A DNA stretch of 64,000 nt from Squalus acanthias (taxonomy: Eukaryota), in the NCBI GenBank assembly GCA_030390025.1, contig CM059425.1, positions 87,048,001 through 87,112,000 on the forward strand, in the 5' to 3' direction. The notes under the pieces were generated by a model. It ran no database searches. It worked only from the letters and a program-made list of their open reading frames with translations, and had not been told where the DNA came from. Of the stretch, positions 26,463 through 38,929 are shown piece after piece (position 1 is the stretch's first letter; every line of letters starts with the position of its first letter). Both the position numbers and the translations under genes were made by a program.

Positions 26463-26587
26463 AATACCTTTACACAGCACAGAAAAGACCCAAGGCCGGC
26501 ACACTGCGCCATTGTTACAACAACATTAAAGGCTGGTGCAGCACTGAGATTTTTCCATTAGCTAGTCTATCACGTTCTATGAGCAGA

Positions 26588-26768
26588 GGGGCATAAACAC
26601 GTCTTGAGTGGCAGTGCAAATTGGGTGACAGTGATTCGGCAGCCTGTTTTGCACTCCACTTGGTTTTATTTTCCATTGAATGGTAAAGAAAATCGGGTGG
26701 CGTACAAAACAGGTTGATAAATCGCTATCACTCGTTTTGCGCTACCGCCCAAGACGGATTTATATCCC
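26588..26768. mobile_element. Fold-back MITE with ~70 bp imperfect inverted arms
   Basis: ggggcataaacacgtcttgagtggcagtgcaaa... is the approximate reverse complement of ...tttgcgctaccgcccaagacggatttatatccc. Confidence 0.75.
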
Positions 26769-26942
26769 AGAATCTCATTATTGCACCAACTCTTTCTCTA
26801 GTAGATACTTCTATAAATCTGTAGTGCTGTAGACTCTCCAGAGTGCATGATCCATGTAGTTAACAGGACCACTGTTGTGGCATTGGCAGAGAGACAGTTT
26901 TTCTCTGGGTTTCCCAACCTGGCCCTAGTACTGGGAGCACCC

Positions 26943-27352
26943 TGCTCAGTGGGTAGCACTCTCGCCTTGGAGTCAGAAGGTTGTGGCATCAAGTCCCACT
27001 CAGAGACTTGAACACATAATCTAGGCTAACAATCTAGTGCTGTACTGTTGGAGGTGCCATCTTTCAGATGCCATCTGTCCTCGGAGGTGGAAGTAAAAGA
27101 TCCACGGTACTATTCGAAGAAGAGCAGGGGTATTCTCCCGGTGTCCTGGTCAATATTTATCTCTCAACTAACACAACTAAAACAGATTCTCATATCATTA
27201 CCACATTGCTGTTTGTGGGAGCTTGCTGTGCGCAAATTGGCTGCCGTGTTTCCCTGAATTACAACAGTGACTACACTTCAAAAATACTTCATCTGCTATA
27301 AAGCGCTTTGGGATGTCCTGAGGTCATGAAAGGCTATATAAATGCAAGTTCT
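26943..27352 (+). mobile_element. Deu-domain SINE
   Basis: Head gctcagtgggtagcactctcgcc, body and tail. Confidence 0.85.
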
Positions 27353-27811
27353 TCCTTAAATTGAAGATTATTTTCAATATAAAGAGGAATACATCACTGA
27401 CTTCTCTGAAGTGGATTCTAATGAGCCTACATGAAAATGAAGGCATCAGACAGTATATCAATGCAGGAGAGTAATGTGTAAGAGGTAGATTTAGCAACGT
27501 TTACCAAAATCCAAGTTAAGTATAAAAGGCTCAACTCAAGTCCAATAACAGACTCCTCACATTCGATTTAGGAGTCTTAATGAATTCCTTATCTCTCAGT
27601 GCACATAACAGTGAGTATGGGAGTCAAACTGGACGCTTACTGTGCATACATAGCATGGATCTTCACCAGTCAGGGACACACATGCAGTGCATGACTTTCG
27701 ATCCACCTTTTTTTCTCCATTAAATTGTAGCACGATTTCCCACTATGTGCTCCAGCTAGACAAGGCTCCATGAGGGGAAGCACGCAATTGGATAGTTTAA
27801 TCCTAACTTGG

Positions 27812-28292
27812 ACCAAGTCCTGTTCACCCATCACCCCTGTGCTTGCTGACCTACACTGGCAATGTAGGCAATGTCTGGCAATGCCTTGATTTTAAAATTC
27901 TCATCCTTGTGTTCAAATCCCTCCATGGCCTCGCCCCATCCTATATCTCGGTGACCTCCCGCAGCCCTAAAACCTTTGAAGATCTCGGCTTTCTTCCAAT
28001 TCCAGCCGCTTACAAATCCCCGATTTCCATCGCTCCACCAATGACGGCCGTGTCTTCAGCTGCCTAGGCTCTAAGCTCTGGAATTACCTCCCTAATCTTC
28101 TCTGCCTCTCTAACTCACTCTCCTCCTTTTATGTCGCTCCTTAAAACCTACCTCTTAGACCAATCCTTTGATCACCAATCCTAAAAATCAGCTTACGTGA
28201 CTCGGTGTCAAATTTTGTTTAACGCTCCTGTGAAGTGCCTTGGGATGTTTTTACTACATTTAAGGTACAATATAAAACGCAAGTTGTTGTTG
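27812..28292 (+). mobile_element. L2-clade LINE 3' fragment
   Basis: LDFKILILVFKSLHGLAP; tail ending gttgttgttg. Confidence 0.85.
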
Positions 28293-28325
28293 CAATTGTA
28301 CATCTGGAATCGAGAATCTTCTCAC

Positions 28326-28682
28326 CTGGTTTCCAGCCCTGCTCCGTCTTCAAGCATCTCTCCAGTCAGCGTCTCCACATTGTAGAAGGCCTTCAGGATG
28401 CCCTGCAGTTCTTCTTTCCGAGCCTCGGGAAGGCTGTCGGCATGCAGCAAGGCCCGCGCTCCGGAACGCACCTGCCTGCGGACCGGGTCCTCCAGCAGCC
28501 GGACGCTTTCCTCGCACCCGATCGGCGCGCTGAACTCCTCGGCCAGCTGCTGCTTTAGGACATTGTCGTAATAGTTCGAGGCGGCGTGGCAGGCGGTGCA
28601 TAGGAGCAGGACATCGTGAGAATTGTGGTCTTTCATTTGGACCGGAAAGTGCCTGCGGTATTCATGGGGCACGATATTCTTC
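28326..28682 (-). CDS. EXD2: EXD2 coding exon: KNIVPHEYRRHFPVQMKDHNSHDVLLLCTACH...GLETR (HNH-like domain)
   Basis: Acceptor ttcttcag|G and donor ACCAG|gtgag; 357 nt; contains HNSHDVLLLCxxCH. Confidence 0.97.
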
Positions 28683-28856
28683 CTGAAGAAACACAAATCG
28701 TCGCAAGTTCGCAACTATTTTATCTAAAACTTGGTGAAAATGGATTATAAAAGGTTACATAAAATGACACCACAAGTCCCGGCCAGAATGGAGATGGTTG
28801 GGTGTCTCCCCCAACAATCACGCCTCAAGCAATTGCTGTAGTGACTGGGATTGAAT

Positions 28857-29275
28857 GTACCCATCACCCCTGTGCTCGCTGACCTACATTGCTTCCCAGT
28901 CCGGAAAAACCTCTATTTTAAAAATCTCATCCTTGTTTTCAAATCCCTCCATGGTCTCGCCCCTCCCTACCTCTGTAACCTCCTCCAGCCCCAAGAACTC
29001 TGCACTCCTCCAATTCTGGCCTCTTGTGCGATTTCTTTCGCTCCACCATTGGTGGCCGTGCCTTCAGCTGCCGAGGCCCTAAGCTGTGGAACTCTTTCCC
29101 TAAACCTCTCCGCCTCTACCTCTCCCTCCTCCTTTAAGACTCTTTTTAAAACCTACCTCACCTGTCCTAATATCTCAGGTGGCACGGTGCCAAATTTTGT
29201 TTGATAACGCTCCTGTAAAGCGCCATGGGACATTTTACCAAGTTAAAGGCGCTTTATAAATGCAAGTTGTTGTTA
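28857..29275 (+). mobile_element. L2-clade LINE 3' fragment
   Basis: PITPVLADLH...FKSLHGLAPPYLCNLLQP. Confidence 0.87.
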
Positions 29276-29869
29276 TGTAACTATCCTCCACTCACTGCAT
29301 GTTGCTGGAGAAATAATTCTTCTGTATTCGGGAGATTCTGTTTGCTGCAGCTTGAGTAAATTAAAACCATAAGAATCGCCTTGCCTCCAACTCATTGGCT
29401 GACACAGTGGTGTCAATATTCACTTTGTATTTAAAAAAAGCTTGATGGATTAAAAAAAAACACTCCATAAAGTGATATGGACAAGGGAGGTTCCATGTTC
29501 AATCTCATGAACCCCCCAGGGGAGTTTTAAAAAATGAGGCCAGGACTCCTCAAGTGCACTTGTGGCCATCAAGGGAGGACAGGATTCAGCCTGGTTGTCA
29601 TGCCTACTCATGATACAAAATAAATCCTACTGATATCTATTTTGACTCCAGGCGACATATATTACAGAGGGTGGTCCGTGCATGTCTTGGTGCGCTCTGC
29701 TCACTTGAGTGGGAGCAAACACTTCAAACAGCCTGACTCGAAGTTATACCCCAGAATCTCTTTATTGCACCAACTATCTCTTTTACAGCTACTTTTACAA
29801 TACTGTGGTGCTGTTGACTCTCCAGCGTGCATGATCCGCGCAGTTAACAGGACCACCAAATATTTCGGT

Positions 29870-31995
29870 TTATTATTCATTCAGGGGATGTGGGCATTGC
29901 TGGCAAGGCCAGCATTTATTGCCCATCCCTAATTGCCCTTGAGAAGATGGTGGTGAGCCGCCTTCTTGAAGCGCTGCAGTCCGTGTGGCGAAGGTACTCC
30001 CACAGTGCTGTTAGGGAGGGAGTTCCAGGATTTTAACCTAGCAACGATGAAGGAACGGCGATATACTTCCAAGTCACGATAGTGTGCAACTTGGAGAGGA
30101 ACTAGGAGGTGGTGGTGTTCTCATGCACCCGCTACCCTTGGCTTGGCGAGATGCTGCAGTGCATCTTGTAGATGGTACACACTGCAGCCACGTTGCGACG
30201 GTGGTGGAGGGAGTGAATGTTGAAGGTGGTAGATGGGGTGCCGATCAAACAGACTACTTTGTCCTGGACGGTGTCGAGCTTCTTGAGTGCTGGTGGAGCT
30301 GCAATCATCCAGGCACCGTGAGTGTATTCCATCACACTCATAACTTGTGCCTTGCCGCAGAATACCCAGCCTCTGACCTGCTCTTGTAGCCACAGTATTT
30401 ATGTGGTTGGGCCAGTTAAATTTCTGGTCAATGGTGATCCCCAAGATGTTGATGGTGGGGGATTTGATGATGATAATACCATTGAATGTGAAGGGGAGAT
30501 AGTTAGATTCTCTCTAGTTGGAGATGGTCATTGCCTGTCACTTGTGTGGCTCAAATGTTACTTGTTACTTATCAGCCCAAACCTGGATGTTGTCCAGGTC
30601 TTGCTGCATGCGGGCATGGACTGCTTCATTATCTGAGGAATTGTGAATAGAACTAAACACTGCAATCATCAGCGAACATCCTGACTTCTGGCCTTATGAT
30701 GGAGGGAAGGTCATTGATGAAGCAGCTGAAGATGCTTGGACCTAGGACACTGCCCTGAGGAACTCCTGCAGCAATGTCCTGGGGCGGAGATGATTGGCCG
30801 CCAACAACCACAGCCATCGTCCTTTGTGCTAAGTATGACCCCAGCCAGTGGAGAGTTTTCCCCCTGATCTCCATTGACTTCAATGTTAATAGGGCTCTTT
30901 GGCGCAACACTCGGTCAAATGCTGCCTTGATGTCAAGGGCAGTCACTCTCACTTCTGGAATTCAGCTCTTTTGTCCATGTTTGGATCAAGGCTGTAATGA
31001 GGTTTGGAGCCAAGTGGTCCTGGCGGAACCCAAACTGAACATTGGTGAGCAGGTTGTTGGTAAGTAAGTGCTGTTTGATTTCACTGTTGACAACACCTTC
31101 CATCACTTTGCTGATGATTGAGAATAAGCTGATGGGGCGGTAATTGTTCGGATTGGATTTTCAACTTTGTCAGGTAGATACCAGTGTTGTATCTCTACAG
31201 GAACAGCTTGGCTACAGGCATGGCTAGTTCTGGAGCACAAGTCTTCAGCACAACAACCAGTGTGTTGTCGGGTCCCATAGCCTTTTCTGGAGCCAGTGCG
31301 CTCAGCCGTTTCTTGATGTCACATGGAATGAGACTTTGAGGACTCCCAGGGCCACTCCCCCCTGAGTATATACCATTGTGCTGCCACCTCTAGTGGGTCT
31401 GTCCTGCCGGTGGGACAGGACATACCCAGGGATGGTGATGGAGGCGTCTGGGACATTGGCTGAAAGTCATACTCACAGAATCATACCTATGTCAGGCTGT
31501 TACTTGATTAGTTTGGGGGACAGCTTTCCCAATTTTGGCACAAGTCCCCAGATGTTAGTGAGGAGGACTTTGCAGGGTCGACTGGGCTGAGTGTGCCTTT
31601 GTTGTGTCCGAATGCCTAGGTCGTAGCCGAGTGGTCCGTCCGGTTTTATTCTTATTGTATTTTTTTGTAGTGGTTTGTTATAACTGAGTGGCTTGCTAGG
31701 CCATTTCAGAGGGCAATTAAGAGTCAACCACGTTGCTGTGGGTCTGAGTGACATACAGGCCAGACCAGGTAAGGACGGCAGGTTTCCTTTCCTGAAGGAC
31801 ATTAGTAAACCAGTTTTTATGATAAACCGTTAGCTTCATGGTCACTTTTACTGATACTAGCTTTTATTCCAAATTTAACTAATTAACTGAATTGAAATTC
31901 ACAAACTGCCATGGTAGGGTTTGAACTTGCGTCTCCGGATTATTAGCCCAGGGTTTTGGATTACTATTCCAGCAACATAACCACTATGTACCTAT
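29870..31995 (-). mobile_element. Non-LTR retrotransposon (CR1/L2/Crack group): tRNA-like 5' head, APE N-terminus, internal deletion near 31325, RT and 3' tail
   Basis: KVLLTNIWGLVPKLG (APE start), LDIKAAFDRV, GVPQGSVLGP, MFADD; head carries A/B-box-like motifs. Confidence 0.88.
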
Positions 31996-32115
31996 ATAAG
32001 CCTACCAGTCTACATTGTTGTGGCACTGGCAGAGAGCCAGCTTTTCTCTGGGTTTCCCAACCTGGCCCTGGTGCTGGGAGCACTCTGGTTTACTTGGCAA
32101 ACACGATGAGCTGGT

Positions 32116-32378
32116 TCCACCATTGGCGGCTGTGACTTCAGCTGCCTGGGCCCTAAGCTCTGCAATTCTCTCCCTAAACCTCTCCGCCTCTCTCTCCTCC
32201 TTTAAGACGCTCCTTAAAACCTACCTCTTTGACCAAGCTTGCGGTCACCGGTCCTAATATCTCTTTATGTGGCTCGATGTCAAATTTTGTTTGATAACCG
32301 CTCGTGAAGCGCCTTGGGATGTTTTACTACTTTAAAGGCGCTATATAAATGCAAGTTGTTTTTGTCGTTATTGTTGTT
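32116..32378 (+). mobile_element. L2-clade LINE 3' end
   Basis: SLSSFKTLLKTYLFDQA and tail. Confidence 0.85.
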
Positions 32379-32649
32379 CAGCACATCAACACACTTATGT
32401 TGTAATGTTCTGATACATTCAAACCAGTCCAGAGGCTGATCTGGAAGTGCTCGAGCCATGAAAAGCTGAGGGATACACGCAGGCTAATTCATGACAACCA
32501 TCACTCGAACGGCTCAGACCGGGCAAAATATCCCAACATGCTCTTCGGTAAATAATACAGATGGGAGTGTACTTTGTACAGAACGCATCTATGTAAGCCA
32601 TGTGGGGGGGCGAGTAAAACGCTGTAATGTTTAGCACTCAAGAGCACAC

Positions 32650-32785
32650 CTGATGTAAGACTCTCTCCTGCCGCACACGACACAGAGGTTCTCCTTGGTT
32701 GTCAGGTAGTAGTCTTGCTGAGACTCGGGTCTTCCCGACGGTTCAAACTTCAACTTCACAACAAATGGGTCCTCGTTGATGAGCT
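32650..32785 (-). CDS. EXD2: EXD2 coding exon (not shown in the ORF track): ELINEDPFVVKLKFEPSGRPESQQDYYLTTKENLCVVCGRRESYIR
   Basis: Translated by hand. Acceptor catttag|AG and donor ATCAG|gtgtgc; 136 nt; phases fit; carries the CxxC of the HNH-like domain. Confidence 0.96.
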
Positions 32786-32904
32786 CTAAATGAAGAACAG
32801 ACGCCTGTTCAGATTCAAGATGCAGTACTTTTAGACTTGAGGAACTAAAACAGATCTCTTGGCCTTCTTGGCCATACCACAGTCAATAATTTACAGCAGA
32901 TTTT

Positions 32905-34138
32905 TTTTTTGTTCATGGGATGTGAGCGTCGCTGGCAAGGCCAGCATTTATTGCCCATCCCTAATTGCCCTCGAGAAGGTGGTGGCGAGCCGCCGCCTTG
33001 AACCGCTGCAGTCCGTGTGGTGAAGGTACTCCCACTGTGCTGTTAGGTAAGGAGTTTGACCCAGCGACGATGAAGGATCGGCGATATACTTCCAAGTCAG
33101 GATGGTGTGCGACTTGGAGGGGAACTTGGAGGTGGTGGTGTTCCCAAGCGTCTGCTGCCCTTGTCCTTCTAGGTGGAAGAGGTCGCGGGTTTGGGAGGTG
33201 CTGCCGAAGAAGCCTTGGCGAGTTGCTGCAGTGCATCTTGTAGATGGTACACACTGCAGCCACGGTACGCCGGTGGTGGAGGGAGTGAATGTTTAAGGTG
33301 GTGGATGGGGTGCCAATCAAGCGGGCTGCTTTGTCTTGGATGGTGTCGAGCTTCTTGAGTGTTGTTGGAGCTGCACTCATCCAGGCAAGTGGAGAGTATT
33401 CCATCACACTCCTGACTTGTGCCTTGTAGATGGTGGAAAGGAGTCAGGAGGTGAGACACTCGTCGCAGAATACCTAGCCTCTGATCTATTCTTGTTGCCA
33501 CAGTATTTATGTGGCTGGTCCATTTAAGTTTCTGGTCAATGGTGACCCCCAGGATGTTGATGGTGGGGGATTCGGCAATGGTAATGTCGTTGAATGTCAA
33601 GGGGCGGAGGTTAGACGCTCGCTTGTTGGAGATAGTCATTGCCTGGCACTTGTGTGGCGCGATTATTACCTGCCACTTATCAGCCCAAGCCTGAATGTCG
33701 TCCAGGTCTTGCTGCATGCGGGCATGGACTGATTAATTATCTGAGGAGTTACAAATGGCTCTGAACACTGTGCAGTCATCAGCGAACATCCCCACTTCTG
33801 ACCTTATGATGGAGGGAAGGTCATTGATGAAACAGCTGAAGATGGTTGGGCCTAGGACACTGCCCTAAGGAACTCCTGCAGCGATGTCCTGGGGCTGTGA
33901 TGATTGACCTCCAACCACCACAACCATCTTCTTTTGTGCTTGGTAGGACTCCAGCCAGTGGAGAGTTCCCCCCCCCCCCCCCAATTCCCATTGACTTCAG
34001 TTTTACTAGGGCTCCTTGATGCTACCCTCGGTCAAATGCTACCTTGATGTCAAGGGCAGTCACTCTCACCTCACCTCTGGAATTCAGCTCTTTTGCCCAT
34101 GTTTGGACCAAGGCTGTAATGAGGTCTGGAGCCGAGTG
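32905..34138 (-). mobile_element. LINE of the same family as 29870-31995, 5'-truncated (RT C-terminal half)
   Basis: QQDLDDIQAWADKWQV; EYSPLAWMSAAPTTLKKLDTIQDKAARLIG; A-rich tail. Confidence 0.9.
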
Positions 34139-34163
34139 CTTAATGCCAGGAAAGTTCTAACTA

Positions 34164-34668
34164 CAGGAAACTCTTTATTAACCGGCACCCAAATATCCAG
34201 AAATCTCTCTTAACCGGCAAAATTCTTGAGTAGGTAACCGGGGTTTTCCTCCATCTCTCCTTTAAAATTAACTTTTAAAAAAACCCCGAGGCGTTTGCCT
34301 TGTATCGGAACGTGTAGATTGGGAGGGGAATGTGCAGCCCGGGTAGGCAGCGGACACGACAGATGGTCAGCTGGCGGTCCCCGGGGAGACGGAGCTCCGA
34401 ATGCAGTGTGTGAGGAGGAGTGTGGCAGGGGTGATTTCCGTCGGTTCGGAGGGAGGATGAGGTGGCTGTGAAAGTGGGAACTGGAACTGGTTGCAGTCTT
34501 TGGCAGCACGGAGGTATTCGTCAGTTCTACTCTGGCAGTAGTTTTTTGTGATCGAGGGATAAACAGGGGCTCTCGTACGTTGGGAGATATAACTCTCCGT
34601 TATCCGGACTTTTGGATTAACTGGCACCACGCCGGTCCCGTCGGTGCCGGTTAATAAAGAGTTTCCTG
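34164..34668. mobile_element. Tc1/mariner superfamily (Tigger/pogo-like) MITE, 505 bp
   Basis: Perfect 26-bp TIRs CAGGAAACTCTTTATTAACCGGCACC with TA on both flanks. Confidence 0.92.
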
Positions 34669-34740
34669 TAGATTCTTTTAAGAGCATGAATGAACTGACA
34701 TTCTTAAAAATGATATAATTTTAATATTGTTACTGAGTCC

Positions 34741-34757
34741 AGGGATGGGGGGAAGGA

Positions 34758-34789
<32 letters not shown>

Positions 34790-35100
34790 AGGAAAGGGAG
34801 GGATGGGGGGGAAGGAAAGGGAGGGGGGAAAGGCTGGATGGTGGAGTGGAGGGGGAACCGAGGGATGAGGGAACTGAGATGCAGAGGAGGGGAAGAGGCA
34901 TGAGTGAGGGAAAAGGCGCTATGGGGAAAAGGAGGAAAATAAATGGATAGGAAGGAGGGAATATAAAGGATGGATAAAGTGGTGATCACTGAAAGAAGGA
35001 AAGACAGATATGGATAAGAGGACAGAAAAAAGGAAGGGGAAGAAAAAGGGAAGCAGACCAAGGAAGATGGAGGGCAAGAACGGGTATATAGGAAAGTACA
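34741..35100. repeat. Purine-rich / poly-G low-complexity tract
   Basis: Long G run at ~34765-34788 followed by GA-rich sequence; a similar tract lies at 43960-44440. Confidence 0.85.
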
Positions 35101-35469
35101 TAAAAACTAAATGTATTACGATGACCTGCGTTTCTCTCAGAAATGCACAATGGTACTAATTACATTACAATTAAAACATGAAGGGCCTATCATTAAATGA
35201 AGTGAGACATGAAAAAGGTCTTACAGTAAAAGATGTTAAAAAAGTCATGCATGACAAGTATCGGGCAACAATCGATGACTGGAATATGTCAATCAGTATA
35301 AGAGCGATTCAGAATGGCGCATGCAGTTATTGACCATCAAGTTACTTCTCAATGGTCCCCATTACCATTTTTATTTTTCCTCTGTGACTCATTACTCTGG
35401 GCAGTGACAGCATCGTTCGCGCTCTCAGAAAAGACAAGTCTCTTTCTCCCAGAGTGGAGATCAACCTAC

Positions 35470-35576
35470 CCCCGATGCCCTTGTCTATGTACCACTGAGC
35501 CTTCTTCCTGTCGCAGGTGCACAGAGGCTGACCGTCCGGAGCGTGGAGGAAGCAGTTGTCGTAGAGTGGCGATTTC
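35470..35576 (-). CDS. EXD2: EXD2 coding exon: KSPLYDNCFLHAPDGQPLCTCDRKKAQWYIDKGIG
   Basis: Acceptor tttgcag|G and donor GGGG|gtaggt; 107 nt; near-identical to the recalled human peptide. Confidence 0.97.
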
Positions 35577-36979
35577 CTGCAAACAGTGAAATAAAGCACA
35601 ATCAGTTCACTTGGAAAAAAAAAACCTAGAACCGCTTCCTACACTGCACAGAGCCGGAAAGATCAACTGCCATCAATGGTATATTGAGGTATAGCTCCAA
35701 ATGCCAACAGAGGTTGACATTCTAATTGGACACCAGAGCTAAAACCCAAAAGGTGTCCATACCACAGAGCCAGTCAATCTATCTATAAGTTATTAAAAAT
35801 GTTATGCTGGCACTCATTTCCTGTCTGCATGACTTGACTTCCTGGTGTCTCGTTTTTGTCACACCGCGTGTCAAATTTCCCCCCCTGATGAATTCCTCTG
35901 TCCAGATTTATAATGGGTTTTGCCAATGTAAACTCCGAGTGCAAAGGCTCGCCACTGGGTTCCCACAAATTGCTTTCTGAAAGCATTTCTCACCTGCTGT
36001 TTTTCCCCCCAAATTTTCTAATGTCCAAATTTAAGAGTTTAAATGAAACTTTAAAAATAATTTCACAATAATTAAGCTGCCTTTTGTGTCTTTCAATGCC
36101 CGTTATCTGTTAAATTTTTACTTGAAGGCCTCAGCCTCTACTAAAAGCCTAGGCTTAGACTTGATAATTTTTCCCAGACCTGTGACTCCGCGAGCTGCAT
36201 TTGGATTGTGCAGTCTGAGCATGTGCGGTGTACCTAATTTCCCAGGATGCATCAGTACCGTTCAGTCAGCTATACTGATGAAATATTCCAGCAATTTCGG
36301 CTCAAAAATTTTTCTTAAGAATTATTTAAATAGAAGCTAGAGAACACATTTCAAAATCTTTATTCAGGTAAAATATATACTGCGAGAAGTTGCGTGCGAG
36401 TATAAGCGAGAAAAGACAAACTGCGGATTACAAAACAAAAGCTACTAATTCTATAAACATGCGTTCTATAAACTTCAGAAAGTGCATTAAGCTCAGAGAC
36501 AGACTGTTTTTCTCATTGTAGTTGTCATAAAAATGTAATTTAAGACTATTGTGAAAGCAAAATATATTGGGGTGAATAGTCAGAAGCAAGTTAGTGAAAT
36601 AACATCAATACTCTATGAAGCAGTATTGGGAGCACACAAAGTATTGTGTCCACTACACTTCAGAAATAGCAGGGAAATAGCTGGAATTCTGGAAAGAGAT
36701 CCAGGTACAGAAGGACACAGAAGATAATTAGGATTCCGGATAATAGATCTCCGAAAAACAAAAAGCCCAGGAAGAAAGCCCAACTTATTCCCAATGGGGG
36801 GGAAAAAAAGGTTTTGCTAGTTTTGGTGGGGATGGGGAGAGGGAGAGATATTGATCATGACCCACGTGTTACCAGAAATACAGAATATTTATTCTAGGGC
36901 AATAATCGATGCCTGGGAATCTCAGCTCGATTCAGAATGGTGCATGCAGCTTTTGACCATTAAACACCGTGTCCTGCAC

Positions 36980-37122
36980 CATTTTTACTTTACCTCTGAC
37001 TCATCAATTTTTTTTTCCCCTCTGTGGCTCAATTTTCATTTTCTCCTGTGACTCATCAATTTTAATTTTCTTCTCCTGTGACTCATCAACTTTTATTTTT
37101 CCTCTGTGACTCATCAACTTTC
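36980..37122. repeat. Short tandem array (~25-30 bp x5) carrying TGACTCA motifs
   Basis: Unit approximately ttttattttcctctgtgactcatcaa. Confidence 0.85.
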
Positions 37123-38929
37123 AAAAACATTTAGCTGAATTTGAAGCAAAAGCCTCTATAATGATCTTACCTGATTATCATCTGTTTTACCTTTACAGAA
37201 AATGTAAACTTTTTAAAAATCGCTGGCAGACACAGAGAGAGGGACAAATACAGTGCCTTACCTCATGGAAATTTATTAAATAAAAAAAAGCAAACTGAAT
37301 TTTAAAAGTTCTAATTAAACAAAACATGCGGGGTTGTTGATAGTAATAATGTTTACATTTTCTTACAGCGGAGAGACGGAGAGTGAGATTGAGAGAGATT
37401 GAGAGAGACAGACACATACTGTCAAACTCCAGCAGCACCACTTCAGTTCTGTCACCCAAGACCATTTCCCAATGTTACCAAAGCCCAAAAATGCTCCAGT
37501 GATATGATAGCCCAGGATTGCCCCCAAGTGCCATTAAACCCCATTTACCCTCCCCAGTACGGCTAAATATCTGGGGCTTGGGGGGAGTTTCTGGTCGTTT
37601 CCGCTAGGTTTTTTTTCGGAACCTGCCGATCCAGCACAAAAGATCGAGGAATTTAAAATGTCGCTGAGTTACGCCCAAAACCACTTAGGCTCGTGTTTTC
37701 CGCAATGTTTTATGCCGGCTTAAGATTCAATTTGCCCGGATCAGGTGCCGCCCACAAATGTGGCCACGCCCCCCAGGTCGGAATTGCGAGCTTCCGCCGA
37801 CCACGCTGGTTCGTGAACGCGCTTCAAATCGTGATTGTCGTAGGCGCACAGGCAATAGTCGGCACATTTTAAAAGTATCTCATAGTAAATTTTATTATTT
37901 TTTGATAAGAAACTGACTAGTGTACACTAATGAAAATATTAAGTGGCTCAGTATAGTTTTTTAATGTCACTTTCAGTGATTTTAAATCAGGTTACTCACA
38001 GGTGGAGGACTGGGCACCCTGATTAAAAATGCTTACTTTTTGGTGATAAACCCATTTACAGCTGTATTAATAAAACTGTACCAGGTTGCCACTCTTAAAT
38101 ACATCAAGGAATTCTTGATAATGGAAAAAAAAAATGACCTGGTCATTATCTCATTGCTGTTTGCGGGAGCTTGCTGTGGCAGCTAATTTGCACACGTTTC
38201 CTACATTACAACAGCGACTACACGTCAAAGGTACTTCACTGGCTGTGGAGCATTTTGGGACATCAGAGGTCGTGAAAAGGCACGATATAAATGCTGGTTC
38301 TTTCTTTTTATTCAGGAAACGTGCTAAAGTGCACGGGAGGGCCGTATTGGAAGTGTCTGCAATACCCCATTCACTGCTGAGGCGCACACACGGAGAATGG
38401 CTACGTCGCGGCAGATATCATGAGGTGCCCAGTACCTACGGAATCACGAGCAGCAGAGAGAAACGCCTTCAGGAGACGGAGGGTGGGGGGGCAGGCGGGA
38501 AATACTGGGGCTGGTAGCATTGGAGGGCTGGGAGAAAGAGTACTGTACTATGAACAAAATCATCTGCATCGTGAGTACTGTGAAAATCCGATATAATTAG
38601 GAGTTTAAATCTCATTCAATTTGCAGTGGAACCGATCGCAGTAAGTCTTTCAGACAATGTAGTAAAATTAACTCGTCATAATTTTTTTAAGTTGCAGCTC
38701 TGGTTGCATTTTACATGAAAGTTAATCAAATACACACAATGGCCTGGAGGTTCTTTATGTTAGGTGCTGTGGCAGGAGGTTAAATACTCTGCCTGTTCTA
38801 CGCTCAGACTGTGGCAAAGAAATTTAATTAAAACTATAAATTTTAAAAATCACAGTAAACTTTTATCCAGCGGAAGGGATCACTTGGCTTTAATGATTTC
38901 ATGGAAACCGGCTCACCGCCCCAGAGAGG

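Noticed and set aside
34678-35061. Proline-rich ORFs
   Set aside because: They are translation artefacts of the poly-G/purine tract, and homopolymer lengths may be unreliable.
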